Source: Paraspadella gotoi
Taxonomy: Eukaryota; Animalia; Chaetognatha
Direction: 5' to 3'
Length of the DNA stretch: 64,000 nucleotides
Assembly: GCA_051294375.1 (NCBI GenBank)
Contig: CM119267.1
Coordinates: 17,650,937 to 17,714,936, forward strand
Part shown: positions 49,389-63,300 of the stretch, one piece after another
Numbering within the stretch: the first letter of the stretch is position 1
How the letters are laid out: each line of letters opens with the position of its first letter
The notes under the pieces: model-generated
What the model saw: the letters and a program-made list of their open reading frames with translations, nothing else
What the model was told of the DNA's origin: nothing
The model's database searches: none
Program-made: the position numbers and the translations under genes

Positions 49389-49772
49389 ACGCAGTTCTCT
49401 CTCTATCGTGGTATTTTATGTCGGCATTAAGGGGATGGTAGAGTGTGGATCAGGAAAGGTATGAAGGGCCGAAGAGCTAGGGGGTAGATGATAGATAGAT
49501 AGATAGGTAGATAAGAAATGAAATAAAGTGGGAAAAATGAAGGTAAGTGGGCAGAGGAGGCAACGGGGGGGAGGACCGGGGTGGGGTGGCGAAAATGAGG
49601 CTTCACACTCGTTGCCACTTATGAAAAACGTCTGGAAATCTTTTTCGTCGCCGACATCAACATCCGATCGATTTTACGATTCGACTCTTCTTTTTTTTTA
49701 ATAAAAAAAATTGACGGCATGTGGCGGCACGACTTTTTTCTTGCGAAGGTCGACGCCTCTCTCTCTCCCTCT

Positions 49773-49804
<32 letters not shown>

Positions 49805-50393
49805 CGCTCTCTCTCTCTCTCTGTAGAAGATAGCGTAGTTCAAGCGACCCGGATTCGCCAGGCACGAGGCTGTCTAAAAAGGATAGCCTTTCAGAGTGTT
49901 GTTATAGATGGAACAAGCTTACAAACACGGCATACAATTTATAGGAAAGATATATATGCTCAAGAAAACTCGATTCACACGTTTTAAATATTCTCTTTTT
50001 GCCCCCCTCCGCCCCAAAGCTATGGCCAAATGACACGGACTGAAAGAAAAAAGGGTCCTGGATCTCAACTGCCCCAACGCGGGTCAACTTCCTTTAACCG
50101 ATTGACCTCGATACGCGAAACATTGACCCAAAAACAATCGCCTTTAAAGGCAACCCCGCTTTCGTGTAAAATACTCGGGACGGCAAATATAACAGTTTTT
50201 TTATAAAAGTTTTTTTTATTTCACGTAAACTGTACAGGAAAGTAATTTTTTTAAAATATTTAATCGTTGAACCTTGATCGAACAATATTTTTTTCCTTGC
50301 GCTTTTTGTAAAAAACGGGACTCATTAAACGAAGAGTTTTTTTTTTGTTAAGAACAAGAGACGTTTACAAGTCTTTTGAGAAAACTAGTGGAG

Positions 50394-50488
<95 letters not shown>

Positions 50489-52879
50489 CAGACAGACAGA
50501 CAAGAGGTCATTGACATCGTATCTTACAAGATTATTTTCTACAGACACTATGATCTCATTTACATATTATCGCTGTCGGCGACGTATACAAGGATCGAAA
50601 TGGTGCCGGGAAAATTTTTGAAGGATCTACAGATCATCTTTTACTTTTTTTCCTCTTTTTTGTTGTCCTTTTTTTTAATGCAGATAGTTTATTTTCAAAA
50701 GATTATTTCATTTTGTTTCAATTCAGATAATAAACTTGGAAAAATAACTTTACGCGCATTTGATAATTTATTGAAAAGGAACTAGCTGAAATCTTAAATT
50801 TTAACATTCTCATTTTGACATGAATGTCGTCATGTAATTTAAACACTATAATTACACTTTTTATCAAAACCAATAGCGTCCTTCAAATAAAAGTTTCTTT
50901 TCGTTGTTCACTTGTTTCTGTCCTATCGGCAATTAAACGAATAAATCACGAAATCTCCACCAACTTGAATTTCTCCGCTATCATCGCGTTAACGACTCCG
51001 CCAAAATTAGTTCCGCCTTTTTCTTTTTTTTTCTCGATTATTACACTTTTTTGGTTTTATTTAAAAAAAGTCAAACCGCGTTAGAGAGCTCGGCCGACCT
51101 ATACGTATTCAACAGGTGGCCGAATAGATGGTTTATGTCACTGCACTCTCCCCACACTTTTTTTTTTCTTGTTTGAATCACAACACAAATTTGTTTTTTT
51201 CCCGCTAATTCCCATCGGCTTGTCCGTCGAAGCGTGTCTTCTTTGGGAAGATAGAAAAAAATAAGGATTTGGAAGAGAAAAAAGTTGAGGAAGGAAAAAA
51301 ATCGTGAAACAAGAAAAAAAAACTGAAAAAAAAAGAGAGAGATAGTCTGAGAAGCGAAATGTCAGAACCTGTTTTTCACGTCTTAAATAGAAACAATAAA
51401 ACCGTCTGGAGAAAGGAGAGCAGAGAGATGAAGAGGAGAGAGGAGAGAGAGAGAGAGAGAGAGGAGAAGGAAGAGAGAGAGAGAGAGTGTTAACGTTTTC
51501 GCTCTTTTCTCGGTTGTGTCGTTTTAACTCAGAACTATAAATACATATGCTTATATAGGAATCGGGTTGATTTAACCTTTAAGGCATGTTAAATACATTA
51601 GCAGGTAACAATACTTTTACTAATGTCTAACATAAAAGACCTTGTTGTCTTTGTTATTCGTTACTGTTTTCCAACGACGCCTCGCGATACTGAGCGAGAA
51701 GTACGTAGTTCGAGACGCTGACTGAACTTTGTTCCGTTTTTTCACTCGTTAAGTTTTCTATTTGTTTATGTTTACGTTTCATTGTTGAGAACAACGACGT
51801 AAAAAAAAAAAAACAGCGCTCGCGAAGATCAAAGTAGTAAAAGAGAATCGCGGGAGGAGCACGTGCTTAACCGTTTATGGTATTAGCTTATATAGTTTTA
51901 TAATGACTTGAATGAGAGCCAAAAAATAAATCAAGAAATAAACAGATAAATAAACTTTCAGATTTTATTGCTTATTACTTTAACGAGAAAGTACATGTAT
52001 ACATTTGTTTGAAACTCATCTAGAGACATATGTTTCTCATACTTCAGGAACCATCCGATTTTATAACTGTTGCCCAATTTCTTAAATCACTCATTACTCA
52101 TGAGTTTCCCAAGTGCAGCACTAATCACAGCCTCACAAAGAACTCGTCCATCTTATAATGAAAATCTTTATCAAGAAGTTATGATGATCTCGTCACTTTA
52201 AGACTAAAGCTTCTATTTGAAAAAAAAAAAAAAGAAAAACGTATTTGCACAAAAGAAAAGACGCTCTTCTTCTTCCATTCAAACACCCGCGCATTTTTCT
52301 TTCTTTCTTTTCATTCTTTCTTTCTTTCTTTCTATGTCGTAACTTTTTTCGACTTTCCTTTCTTTTTTTCCCCATTTTTTCAACGCTTTGTCCTTTGTGT
52401 TTCTTTTTGAAACTTCTCTCCTTTTTCCTCTCATTTCTTATCTTCTTATATATTTTTTCCCTCATTTGCTTTATTTCCTCCCTTCCGTCTCTCTCTCCCT
52501 CTCTCCTTTTAACTCCCTCTCATCTTCGCGCCCTGGACAATTTGAAAAGCAGACGACGTCGAGGTTTTGGAGAATCGCAAAAAACATTTTCACCTATAAA
52601 ATATCACCTAAATAATTGATGGACATTTCTCAAGAGATTTTGTAATGGTTCTTAAAAATGTTTTTAAATTGGAAAGTGCAAATGTACATCTTTTTTGAAA
52701 ATTTGTGATACAAAATTTATTTCGCCTCGTCTGCTCGTGGTTTAGAGAGATGAGAGAGAGAGGAGGAAAAGGAGAGAGAGAGAGAGAGAGTCTCCTTCTT
52801 TTCTTTTTTGCTCCGTTAATCGCACAACTCATTTTCAGAAGCCAGGGACGACGATCTTCCCCGGAGAAAAAGGATGATT

Positions 52880-53172
52880 CGGAGGGAGGTGATGTCGCTA
52901 GAGAGGAGGTGATGGAGAAAGAGTGAAGGTGGAGATGATGTTGTGAGAGGGGAGGTCATGGAGGAAGAGATAGGGATGTCGCAAGATGAGATCTGAAGGT
53001 GGAAGAGATGGGGTGATGTTGTGAGAGGGGAGGTGCTGGAGGAAGAGATGGGGTAATGTTGTGAGAGGGGAGGCGACGAAGGTAGAGATGGGGTGAAGTT
53101 GTGAAGATGTTAATAAAATAGAGTGTGATGTTGTTGAGAGGGTAGGTGATGGAGTGTGATGTTGTTGAGAGG
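52880..53172. repeat. Degenerate minisatellite (gagatggggtgatgttgtgagaggggagg-like)
   Basis: Repeated gatgttgtgagagggg units. Confidence 0.7.
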
Positions 53173-54056
53173 ATGCCGAAGGGCGGGGCTGAATTGTCGA
53201 ACCAGGAAAGGCTTCCTCGAGGACTTCGCACTCCCTTTTTCACTTTGTCCTTCTCGTTAAATCTGATGCTGATTAAAATTTAGAAATAGGGCGTTTATCT
53301 AAGATTGAAGTGACTGGTTATTGCTAATTTTGTCTCTAGTTTGAACGTTCAGGCCCAATGAAAATGAAAAAAAAATTTTGATTTAGGAAAAACTCATTGC
53401 TGTAATAAAATTACGGATGAAATTGATGAATCGATTAAGTTTTTACTTTTTTAATTTTTTTTCGTTAAATATTCACGTAAAGTCGAAAATCCCTAATAAA
53501 GGAAAAAAATAATAATCAAAGAAAAATTGCGGAATTAGCCAAGCTTATTTTTCCAAAGGTGATTAGATGGGATTAACGAAGGGAGATAGCTCAATAACTA
53601 AAACAAAAAGTAATATTTTTAGTCAGATTTAAAAATCTCTACAATTGATATTTTCGATTCAAACGATTTGATGACAATTAACTTAGGAAAAAGGAATTCA
53701 CTTTTTCTATCTGTTTTTTTTTTCTGCGGACGACGCTTCAAGGATTCAACGGAAAGAAACAGCAACTATAGACCACATCGGCAACAACAAACAAACAAAC
53801 GATCAACAACAGCAAACAAACAAAAATAAAAACGACAAGAACGAAAGACAACATAAAAAAACACAACCAAAAAAACGAAACATCTATCATCCAACAACGA
53901 GACATCGGCGTCCTTCAAGACCACGCGAACCTCCTCTAATCTTCGAACAGCTCTAGCTCTAGCTCCAGCTCCAGCTCCAGCTCCAGCTCGACGCTCAACG
54001 GTTCCCTCCTCTCGCCCCGATTCTCCAAAGGTCTCCACGCCCAACGATTCGACGAC

Positions 54057-56251
54057 ATGCTGTGGGATCGTCACTTCGCCGTGGGCGTCTCATCCTTCTT
54101 CTTTCTCGCCGTCGCCTACAGGGGAGACTTTGTTCTCACTCAACTCATTCAGGTGGAAGGATTTATATTTGTTCAGGTAAAAATGTTTGTAATATATATA
54201 TATGGAATTCTATATATTTTCTAGGGTCTTAAAGGGAACGAAACCTGGCAAAACAAAGAATTTCAGGTGTGGAACGAACGAAACTAAAAAACAAAACAAA
54301 CAAAATAAATAAATCAAACAAAAAACAAAACAAAAAACAAACCAAACGAAAAATAAAACCAAAAACTAATAAAACAAACAAAACAAACAAAAAATGAATG
54401 AAACTAACAAAATATACAAACAGTACAATCAAACAAACAAAAAACAAAACAAACAAACAAACAAAACAAATAAAAAAAAATGAAAACAAACAAAAAAAAC
54501 AAAACAAAAAAAAACAATACAAACAAAACAAACAAAACAAAAAACAAACAAAACGCAATCCGATGTAGGATCGATGCCGCCTCCTTTACGGATTCGTCCC
54601 GACGGTGAAGATCCTCTTTCAACATCCTGTCATCACTCAGATATTTCGTCCCTTCGGAGTTTTGGTCGCCGATGCTTTGCCGGAATTCGTCACCGCCGAC
54701 GCAATCTCCTACGGTGATGGAGGATGTAGAAAATGATGTTGTTGATGTAGTTGTCGTTGTTGACAGTTCCGAGCTGATTGGGAGTCGAGGGAGGTGCAAA
54801 TTTGTTTGCGTTTTACTTTTATTATTCATTATTCATTCAAGTCTAACATATATTTTCGAACAGATTTCTGTTCCTGACCACAATATAGCTAGTTAACTAC
54901 TATTTTTGAACAAGATACTGTTCCAAAACATGTCTCCTGAGAAAAAAAAAATCATTGTGAAAAACGAAGTTCCAGTTGATTAAATCTGCAACATATAAGA
55001 CAAATAATGTGAAAGTCTGAACTCGAGATCGATTTTAGCCTCACAGTCATGACTTTTTTATCACAGGCGGCGCTGTGATCATTTTCTTCGCGATACCTTT
55101 TCTCAAATCCTCTTCCATGAAGATGCGATGGATTGGAATCGTGATTTTTATGTTACGGTAGGAAGGAAGGAAGGAAGGAAGGAAGGAAGGAAGGAAGGAA
55201 GGAAGGAAGGAAGGAAGAAAAAAGAAAGAAGGTAGAACAGAGGAAAGGAAGGAAAAAGGAATGACATAGGGATGGAAGGAAAAAAGGAAATAAAAGGGGA
55301 AACAAAGAAAAGATGAAGAAATACAAGAAATACAACAAATACATGGAACATCGACAACCTTCTCCTTTTCAACCTTTTCCGCGAATCAGCGAGCTGATGG
55401 ATTCCGTAGACGGGGAAGTCGCGCGCTTGGCTTCCGAACGTAAGTTGCGCGACGGCGTCGGCAGCGGCGGCGGCGACGCAGAGGCTGCGGCCAAGGCGAA
55501 GAAGGATTGGGCGTATTTTCTGGACGGTTACGCGGATTCCGTGACGGGATTCGTCATCTGTTTCATTTGCTTGCTCAAGTCACGCGGAACCGGTGATTGA
55601 AAGGGTGGGGTTTACATACTTGAGTGATTGGTCTGATTGGTCTTTGTTTGATATTGAATTGTTGACTATTGAGTATTGAAAGTCCTTTCATGTCGGGAGT
55701 TTTAATTTTTACGTATTTGTTTTTTAGAGTTTGTCTTAGTTCCAACGTCCTGGTACCAAACGGAACTTTCTAGAGATTCGTTTAAAGTTTTCAACCGAGC
55801 CAAACCGATTCGTGACTGATTGTGATCTTCATTTCAGGATCGTCGAGATGTGACGCGCGTGAGACGAAACCGAATCGATCCTTCGATCCCGAAAAGCAAA
55901 TGGAAAATCACGTTTCACCGAAAGAAGCCGAATCGGTGAACATCTTCGTCGATGACTTTGTTTTTTACATTTTTTTGGATTTTGTTTTTAAAAAAATGTT
56001 TAGTCATTGAAATATCAAGCATTTGATTCGATTCTTATATAAAAAATAAAATCTAATGATTCCACAGGACTCTTCGAACCGCGGCTCCGCCGCCTCCGCC
56101 CTCTTTATCTCCGCCGCCTTCGTCGCCGACGCGGCAGGGTGGCTGCTGCGGCGTCCGTGGTTATTCGCCGCCGAATTCGGCCTCGTCTTTATCCTCCAGT
56201 CGACAGTCTACCATCACGTCGTCAATCCTTACTGGGTCGCGATCGGGGAGG

Positions 56252-56282
<31 letters not shown>

Positions 56283-56391
56283 GACGACGATGGACGCGAC
56301 GACGATCGTCAAATCTTTCGGCTTTACTCTCGTTTATCACGTGTGGTGCAACATCGATCCTTGCTTCATATTCCTTTGCGGTGTGGGAGGA

Positions 56392-56424
<33 letters not shown>

Positions 56425-56568
56425 CGAGGGGAGAGAGAGGGAGTGAGAGAGGGGAGAGGAGGAGAAGAGAGAGCGAGAGAGGAGAGAGAGAGATGAGACG
56501 AGAGAGAGAGAGAGAGAGAAGAAGAGAGAGAGAGGAGAGGAGAGAGAGAGAGAGAAAGAGAGAGAGAC

Positions 56569-56600
<32 letters not shown>

Positions 56601-57422
56601 GGAGAGAGGAGAGAGAGAGAGAGAGAGGGAGAGAGCGAAGATGTAATGACCGTGAAGTGGATTGGCTCGAACCGGAAATGCGTTGGCGTTGGCGCTGACG
56701 CTCTTGGCAAAGCTTTAATTGGCGCCTGATAAAATCAGCCTGAACCAATTGTTTGGTTCTTATTTAAATGAAACCTTAATAAAATAATCAAAGCATATTA
56801 GATATCCATAAGCTTTTACTGGCAAGCTAATGCAATATCTATGATCATTACACAATAATAATTAATGAATTAATTAAACAAGAACAATGGAATTTCGATA
56901 ATTAATAAAGGAAAAATTAATAACAAGTTTGGAGTCTGTTAATTTTTCTTCTAGAAGAATTCAAAATGGTTTCCAGGCTCAATGCGAATAACAATAAAAA
57001 TAATGTGAAATGGAACCAGCTGATTTGCTTTAGGAAACAGTGTTCCTTTGTTTTGAAAAGACAAAAGATTAATTTGTTTGTGAAAGAGAATTGTTATAAG
57101 GGATTTGAATAAGTAAAGATTCAACATGACTAAATGGCGACTCTGGTTGAGTCAAGGCTCGTGGCTGAAGGGTACCGGGTTCAATCCTACAGAGAGAGAG
57201 AAGGAGAGAGAGAGAGAGAGAGGTAGAGAGGGGGAGAGAGAGAGAGGGAGAGAGAGAAAGATAGCTCTTTCACGTATTATCTAATCAATATCGCATCGTC
57301 ATTGATTTGTTCCAGCTGCCGCGGCGCTTTGCCTCGACAAGGAATTTCAATTCTGTCGATTCGTTTCTCGGCGAACTTTCCCTCTCTCTTGCTGCCTTTA
57401 CTTTTTGACGTTGGTAAGTTAG
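54057..57422 (+). CDS. Cpes: Ceramide phosphoethanolamine synthase-like CDP-alcohol phosphotransferase
   Basis: Phase-compatible exons 54057-54153 (or 54177), 54569-54713, 55067-55157, 55390-55592, 55838-55935, 56068-56380, 57316-57413 (stop at 57422 if unspliced). Sequence PTVKILFQHP...FVTADAISY, MRWIGIVIFMLRELMDSVDGEVAR...AYFLDGYAD (DxxDGxxAR...DxxxD motif), FILQSTVYH, IVKSFGFTLVYHVW and ALCLDKEFQFCR follows the layout of insect CPES. Both ends are uncertain. Confidence 0.82.
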
Positions 57423-57992
57423 AGTAAGGGTTTATTATTTGTACAAGTTTTGAGTAACATGTAATCGACGAAGAAAATAAGTCATCATCGTTGCCTTCGT
57501 TTTCATTTTCGGAGGCGCACATCAAATGGGTGGAAAAGAAGATTTTTGCCGCGAGAGAGAACTAAGAGAATCGTGAGAAGAAAATTTGCGAAAACCCCGG
57601 GGATTTAGTTTTTTTTTTTTTTTTAAGCTGTCAAGGACGTCGCCTCGACATCATAAAATTTGGAGAAAGTTAAAACAGTTTTTTTTTTTTTAAGTAATAA
57701 GTAAAGCGTCTTTAAACCTTGAAAAGTTTATTATCATCGCCTTATAGTCGTGACGAATCCCTTTTAATCTTTGTGGACATATCGCCCTCTTACGAATTGA
57801 ACGGATCGGCGTGATATTTCTCAGAAAACTTGCGAATCGCGTTGGCCATTTGCGCATGCGCCGTCGTAACGTTAACCCTCTTCCCACCACAATCGAAAAG
57901 TGTTTCAGATTTTCTAGAATTATATTACTAATGTTTATATAATTGTTGATAGACGTTGATTAGATAAGAGATGCTAGATATACTTCCGGGCA

Positions 57993-58102
<110 letters not shown>

Positions 58103-58762
58103 GTGAGACTGCCGAGCGGGAAATCGATGCGAACGTGAGCGACGGGACGTGAATGACAATCACAGACTCGGGCGATTACCGTCCCTTCACGCGATTGTGA
58201 GAAATCTGCGAGACGGCGACGTCTACGTCATCGACTTGGTTAATGTCGTTATTATCGTTAATGGTTATGTTAATGTCGTTGTTGATTGCGACGTGATCTT
58301 TGGGGAGACAACGTTAGACTGCCCAGAGGAAAGTGGGACAAGATTCACATTTAGTTGGGTGTTTCGGTTTCAGCGAATAGCAAGGTCAAGGGTCTTTTCA
58401 CCCCCTCGCTTACATTCTAATTTAATCATTATTACTTTTAATTTAAAGATTAAAACCCCCCCAAAAAAAGATGAAGAACATTAGAATTTAAATTACGTCG
58501 GAAAATATAAATTGTGGGAAAGTTGAAATGAAAACTGGCCTTCGCCGGTTTTGTCTCCCTCCCTTTTTTTTCTCTCTCTCTTTCTTTCTCTCTCTCAACG
58601 ACTCTGTCTCGATGTTCCCATCTCTCCTCCCTTTTCTTTTTATCGCTGCTCCCCTCTCAGGTCCCCTTCCCTCTGTCCCATCTCTCTCTCCCTTTTTTTA
58701 TCTTTTTAATGTCTCTTGTCCCTGGAGTGAAAAAATTAAAATGAGTTATGACCGTAAACTGT

Positions 58763-58908
<146 letters not shown>

Positions 58909-59422
58909 GTCGAAACGGATCTTTTTGTCGGTTGGGTCGGGGAGAGAGTGTCACCGTGTCGGGAGGGTGTCGGACTTTCGATTACTTGTCATGATTGTCG
59001 TGTAGAATCTTGACGTGAATGTCAGACGGAATCAAAGGCGTATTCCGGGAGAAGTCGACTCCCCAGAGAGTATCACGTGAAAGCTTCGATTAGTAAGTTG
59101 ATTGCTTGGCTGGTTGGTTCCTTTGGTAATAATACTTACAAATTCCTTACGTCGAAAAGTCGCGTCGAAATTATGAATTGTTACTATTTAACTGTTCAGA
59201 ACTTCTTTATCGGAAAAGCGGTTTGCGTAGAGGGCGACATAGCGCTGTTATGCGAGTTTTGAAGGGAGATCCGGCGTGAAAGAGAATGAGAGTGAGAGTG
59301 AGAGTGAGAGAGAGTGAGAGTCGATTGATCGAATGTGCAAATCATGAGGTCATTAAGTTTTCCTTCGCCCGGAAATTTTTTTCGGGCTTCTCATCTTCGG
59401 AGAATTTGGTCGGTTATGAACG

Positions 59423-59458
<36 letters not shown>

Positions 59459-60230
59459 NNNNNNNNNNNNNNNNNNNNNNNNNNNNNNNNNNNNNNNNNN
59501 NNNNNNNNNNNNNNNNNNNNNNNNNNNNNNNNNNNNNNNNNNNNNNNNNNNNNNNNNNNNNNNNNNNNNNNNNNNNNNNNNNNNNNNNNNNNNNNNNNNN
59601 NNNNNNNNNNNNNNNNNNNNNNNNNNNNNNNNNNNNNNNNNNNNNNNNNNNNNNNNNNNNNNNNNNNNNNNNNNNNNNNNNNNNNNNNNNNNNNNNNNNN
59701 NNNNTCTCTCTGCGGATTCGAACGCAATCTTCCTTTAACGTCAATTTTTGATCTCTTCGTATCTTTTTCTGTTTCTCGTTTCGTCATTTTTTTCCTCTTA
59801 TTGCATTTTGCATCTTACCGCTGGCACCGTTTTCTTTTTTTCCGTGTCACTTTCCTTTTTTTCACAAGGATGTTATAATTCATCCTCGGCTCTTTAACTT
59901 CAGTCATTCCCTTTTTAATTTTTTCCATTCTCTCTCTTTCTGGAATAAAAAAAATAATCTTCCATTTTATTTGTCCCGATGATATCTTTTTATTAAATTC
60001 CCGCCCATCCCTCCCCTTTGCAGCCTCCCCTCTTATCTCGTTAACCTTCCTCAAACTCCCCTCCTTTCTTTTTTTTCCTTTCCCTTCTTCCCTTTTTCCC
60101 TTCTTCCCATTTCCCTTCGACCTCCAGTGACGGCAGAGTTAACCGACGTCGAAAGTGGGGCCGTTGGAATTTAATCCGGAGGTCACCGATGTACATTTTT
60201 CCCCCCTCATAAAAGGACGGGGAAGAGAGG

Positions 60231-60310
<80 letters not shown>

Positions 60311-63300
60311 CGGTATCGACAGATTGAAAGCAGAGAGCGAGCATAAAGTGGAAGCCGAATTTCAATGGAGGGGGCGGTGCACTCGAAAAAGTGCGGATCT
60401 GGCTTTAAAAAAAAAAAGAAGAACAAAAAATTTTTAAAAAGATAAAATTGTTCTAAGTCGATTTTAATTTTTATGGTTTTTCGATGAGAACGAGGGAAGG
60501 AGCGAAGGATGGAAGTGAAGGAGCGAATGACGGGTTGGAGCCAAAGATTGTAGGAGCCGAAAAGAGTGGAACATTTTTAAAAATTCCAGGTTTTCTATTT
60601 CGGTGAGAATTCGATTCAAATTTGTGAGATTCTCATCGACGGAAATTTGAGTGAATCCGAAGATAAGAATTCCCCTCACGCCAGGAAATATCCCCAGTAA
60701 ATTATTCATCTGTATAAAATCACTTATTCGTGCAATCTCCATCCCGAGAAAAAAAATTCCAATGTATTTGCCGCCGGCAATGAACGTTGCAAAGCGATCG
60801 AAGAAAAAAAAAATCGCTTAGCGTCATTGTTTCCCCAATTTACGGCGGATCATTAAACGACGTCGCTCGAGTTGATTGCCTCCCACGGACTCCTGATTGG
60901 CGCCATTTCCGACTTAACGTCCTCTCTCGTCGATCCTCGGACGTCAGGCGGAAGGAGCGCTAACTTCCGTTCCAACGACCCGTCGCCGATTAAAAAGGGC
61001 GAATCGGGAGAAAGGAGTCCAGACTTGGTTTTTCAAAGTNNNNNNNNNNNNNNNNNNNNNNNNNNNNNNNNNNNNNNNNNNNNNNNNNNNNNNNNNNNNN
61101 NNNNNNNNNNNNNNNNNNNNNNNNNNNNNNNNNNNNNNNNNNNNNNNNNNNNNNNNNNNNNNNNNNNNNNNNNNNNNNNNNNNNNNNNNNNNNNNNNNNN
61201 NNNNNNNNNNNNNNNNNNNNNNNNNNNNNNNNNNNNNNNNNNNNNNNNNNNNNNNNNNNNNNNNNNNNNNNNNNNNNNNNNNNNNNNNNNNNNNNNNNNN
61301 NNNNNNNNNNNNNNNNNNNNNNNNNNNNNNNNNNNNNNNNNNNNNNNNNNNNNNNNNNNNNNNNNNNNNNNNNNNNNNNNNNNNNNNNNNNNNNNNNNNN
61401 NNNNNNNNNNNNNNNNNNNNNNNNNNNNNNNNNNNNNNNNNNNNNNNNNNNNNNNNNNNNNNNNNNNNNNNNNNNNNNNNNNNNNNNNNNNNNNNNNNNN
61501 NNNNNNNNNNNNNNNNNNNNNNNNNNNNNNNNNNNNNNNNNNNNNNNNNNNNNNNNNNNNNNNNNNNNNNNNNNNNNNNNNNNNNNNNNNNNNNNNNNNN
61601 NNNNNNNNNNNNNNNNNNNNNNNNNNNNNNNNNNNNNNNNNGCCAATACCATAATATAAAAAAAGCCTCCTCTTGACGGCGTAAACAAAAGGGCCAAAAT
61701 CCCATCGACGGTTCAATCGTTTGGAATAATAATCTCGACGAACCCACGACCGATTGTAAAGTTCGGAGACGAAATATTCCTCCCTCCGTAACGCTGAACA
61801 AGAGACGCGGAGACGGTGTTTCGGCGTTACGAACTTTGACTCCCTAACTCGCGTTCCACGGAGCGGGTTTGGTGTCGCGGAAAATCAAGTGGATGACGAC
61901 GACGATGAAGACTTGGATAATCCCTTTCTTTTTCTTTACCCATTTGTTTTTCTTTGAGAAGGAAATCAAGTGCGCTTTATATTCGAATATTTTTTTTTTT
62001 CGTTGTCGTCGGTTGCGTGTTCTTTTCTTTTTTTCTTTTTTTTNNNNNNNNNNNNNNNNNNNNNNNNNNNNNNNNNNNNNNNNNNNNNNNNNNNNNNNNN
62101 NNNNNNNNNNNNNNNNNNNNNNNNNNNNNNNNNNNNNNNNNNNNNNNNNNNNNNNNNNNNNNNNNNNNNNNNNNNNNNNNNNNNNNNNNNNNNNNNNNNT
62201 TTTTTTTTTCTTTTTTCTTTCCGAGTGTGATTCCATTCTTCTCGTTTCCCAGACGAACTGAGAGGTCGACTCGGATTCACCACCGATCGACGAGATTGTG
62301 ATTTTCGAGCGAGACAGTGAAGTTGTCTGTGATTATGACGTTCAACGCTTAAGCGAGGACAGAATTTCTGGGACACCTCAAAAATCCGCGTTGGCAATGG
62401 GCAATGGGCAGCATTACTTTCTCAAAACATTTATTAACTTCTGGAATTCTGGTAAAAAATTTTTTTTTTGTTATGCGCAGTAAGACATAAGTTTTAGGCG
62501 TCGTATTAGTCATTTGGGAATGTTACATCCTAAGATTTTTCGTATTTTTTTCGCAAAACGCCTCATTTTATCTTAAATCCAGGATTCAGTCAATTTTTAT
62601 GTTTAAAGATTAAGTTAAAGGTGACGGTAGAGGATTAGATTAAGGATTAGGGGTGAGAGTTTGAGATNNNNNNNNNNNNNNNNNNNNNNNNNNNNNNNNN
62701 NNNNNNNNNNNNNNNNNNNNNNNNNNNNNNNNNNNNNNNNNNNNNNNNNNNNNNNNNNNNNNNNNNNNNNNNNNNNNNNNNNNNNNNNNNNNNNNNNNNN
62801 NNNNNNNNNNNNNNNNNNNNNNNNNNNNNNNNNNNNNNNNNNNNNNNNNNNNNNNNNNNNNNAAGGTTAATATTAAGGTTAATATTAAGGTTAATATTAA
62901 GTGCAGTGTTTAAGGAACAGACATGGTGCGATTTCTTTAGGCAACGGACACGTCCTTTTCACTTTCCTTCATGTTTCTTCTTTTCCTCCACATCTTTCTC
63001 TCTTTATTCTCTTGTCCTACCATCTCTTCTTTCCTCTATCTTTTCACTCATCCCATTTTTCCCTCCTCATTACAATTTCCTCTTTTCCCTCCTTTTTTTC
63101 CCCTTTCTTTCTACGGAAGCTGATCCTCAACCGGTTAAATCACCTGATTTCGCGACTTCATCCTCCATTATTCATCGGCCTCTTCCTCCTCTTCCTCCTC
63201 TTCCTCCTCATCCTTATCCCGTCTTTAATTCGAGATGTATATATATAAAAAAAACTCGACGATGACGACGACGACGACGACGACAACGACAACGACGACG

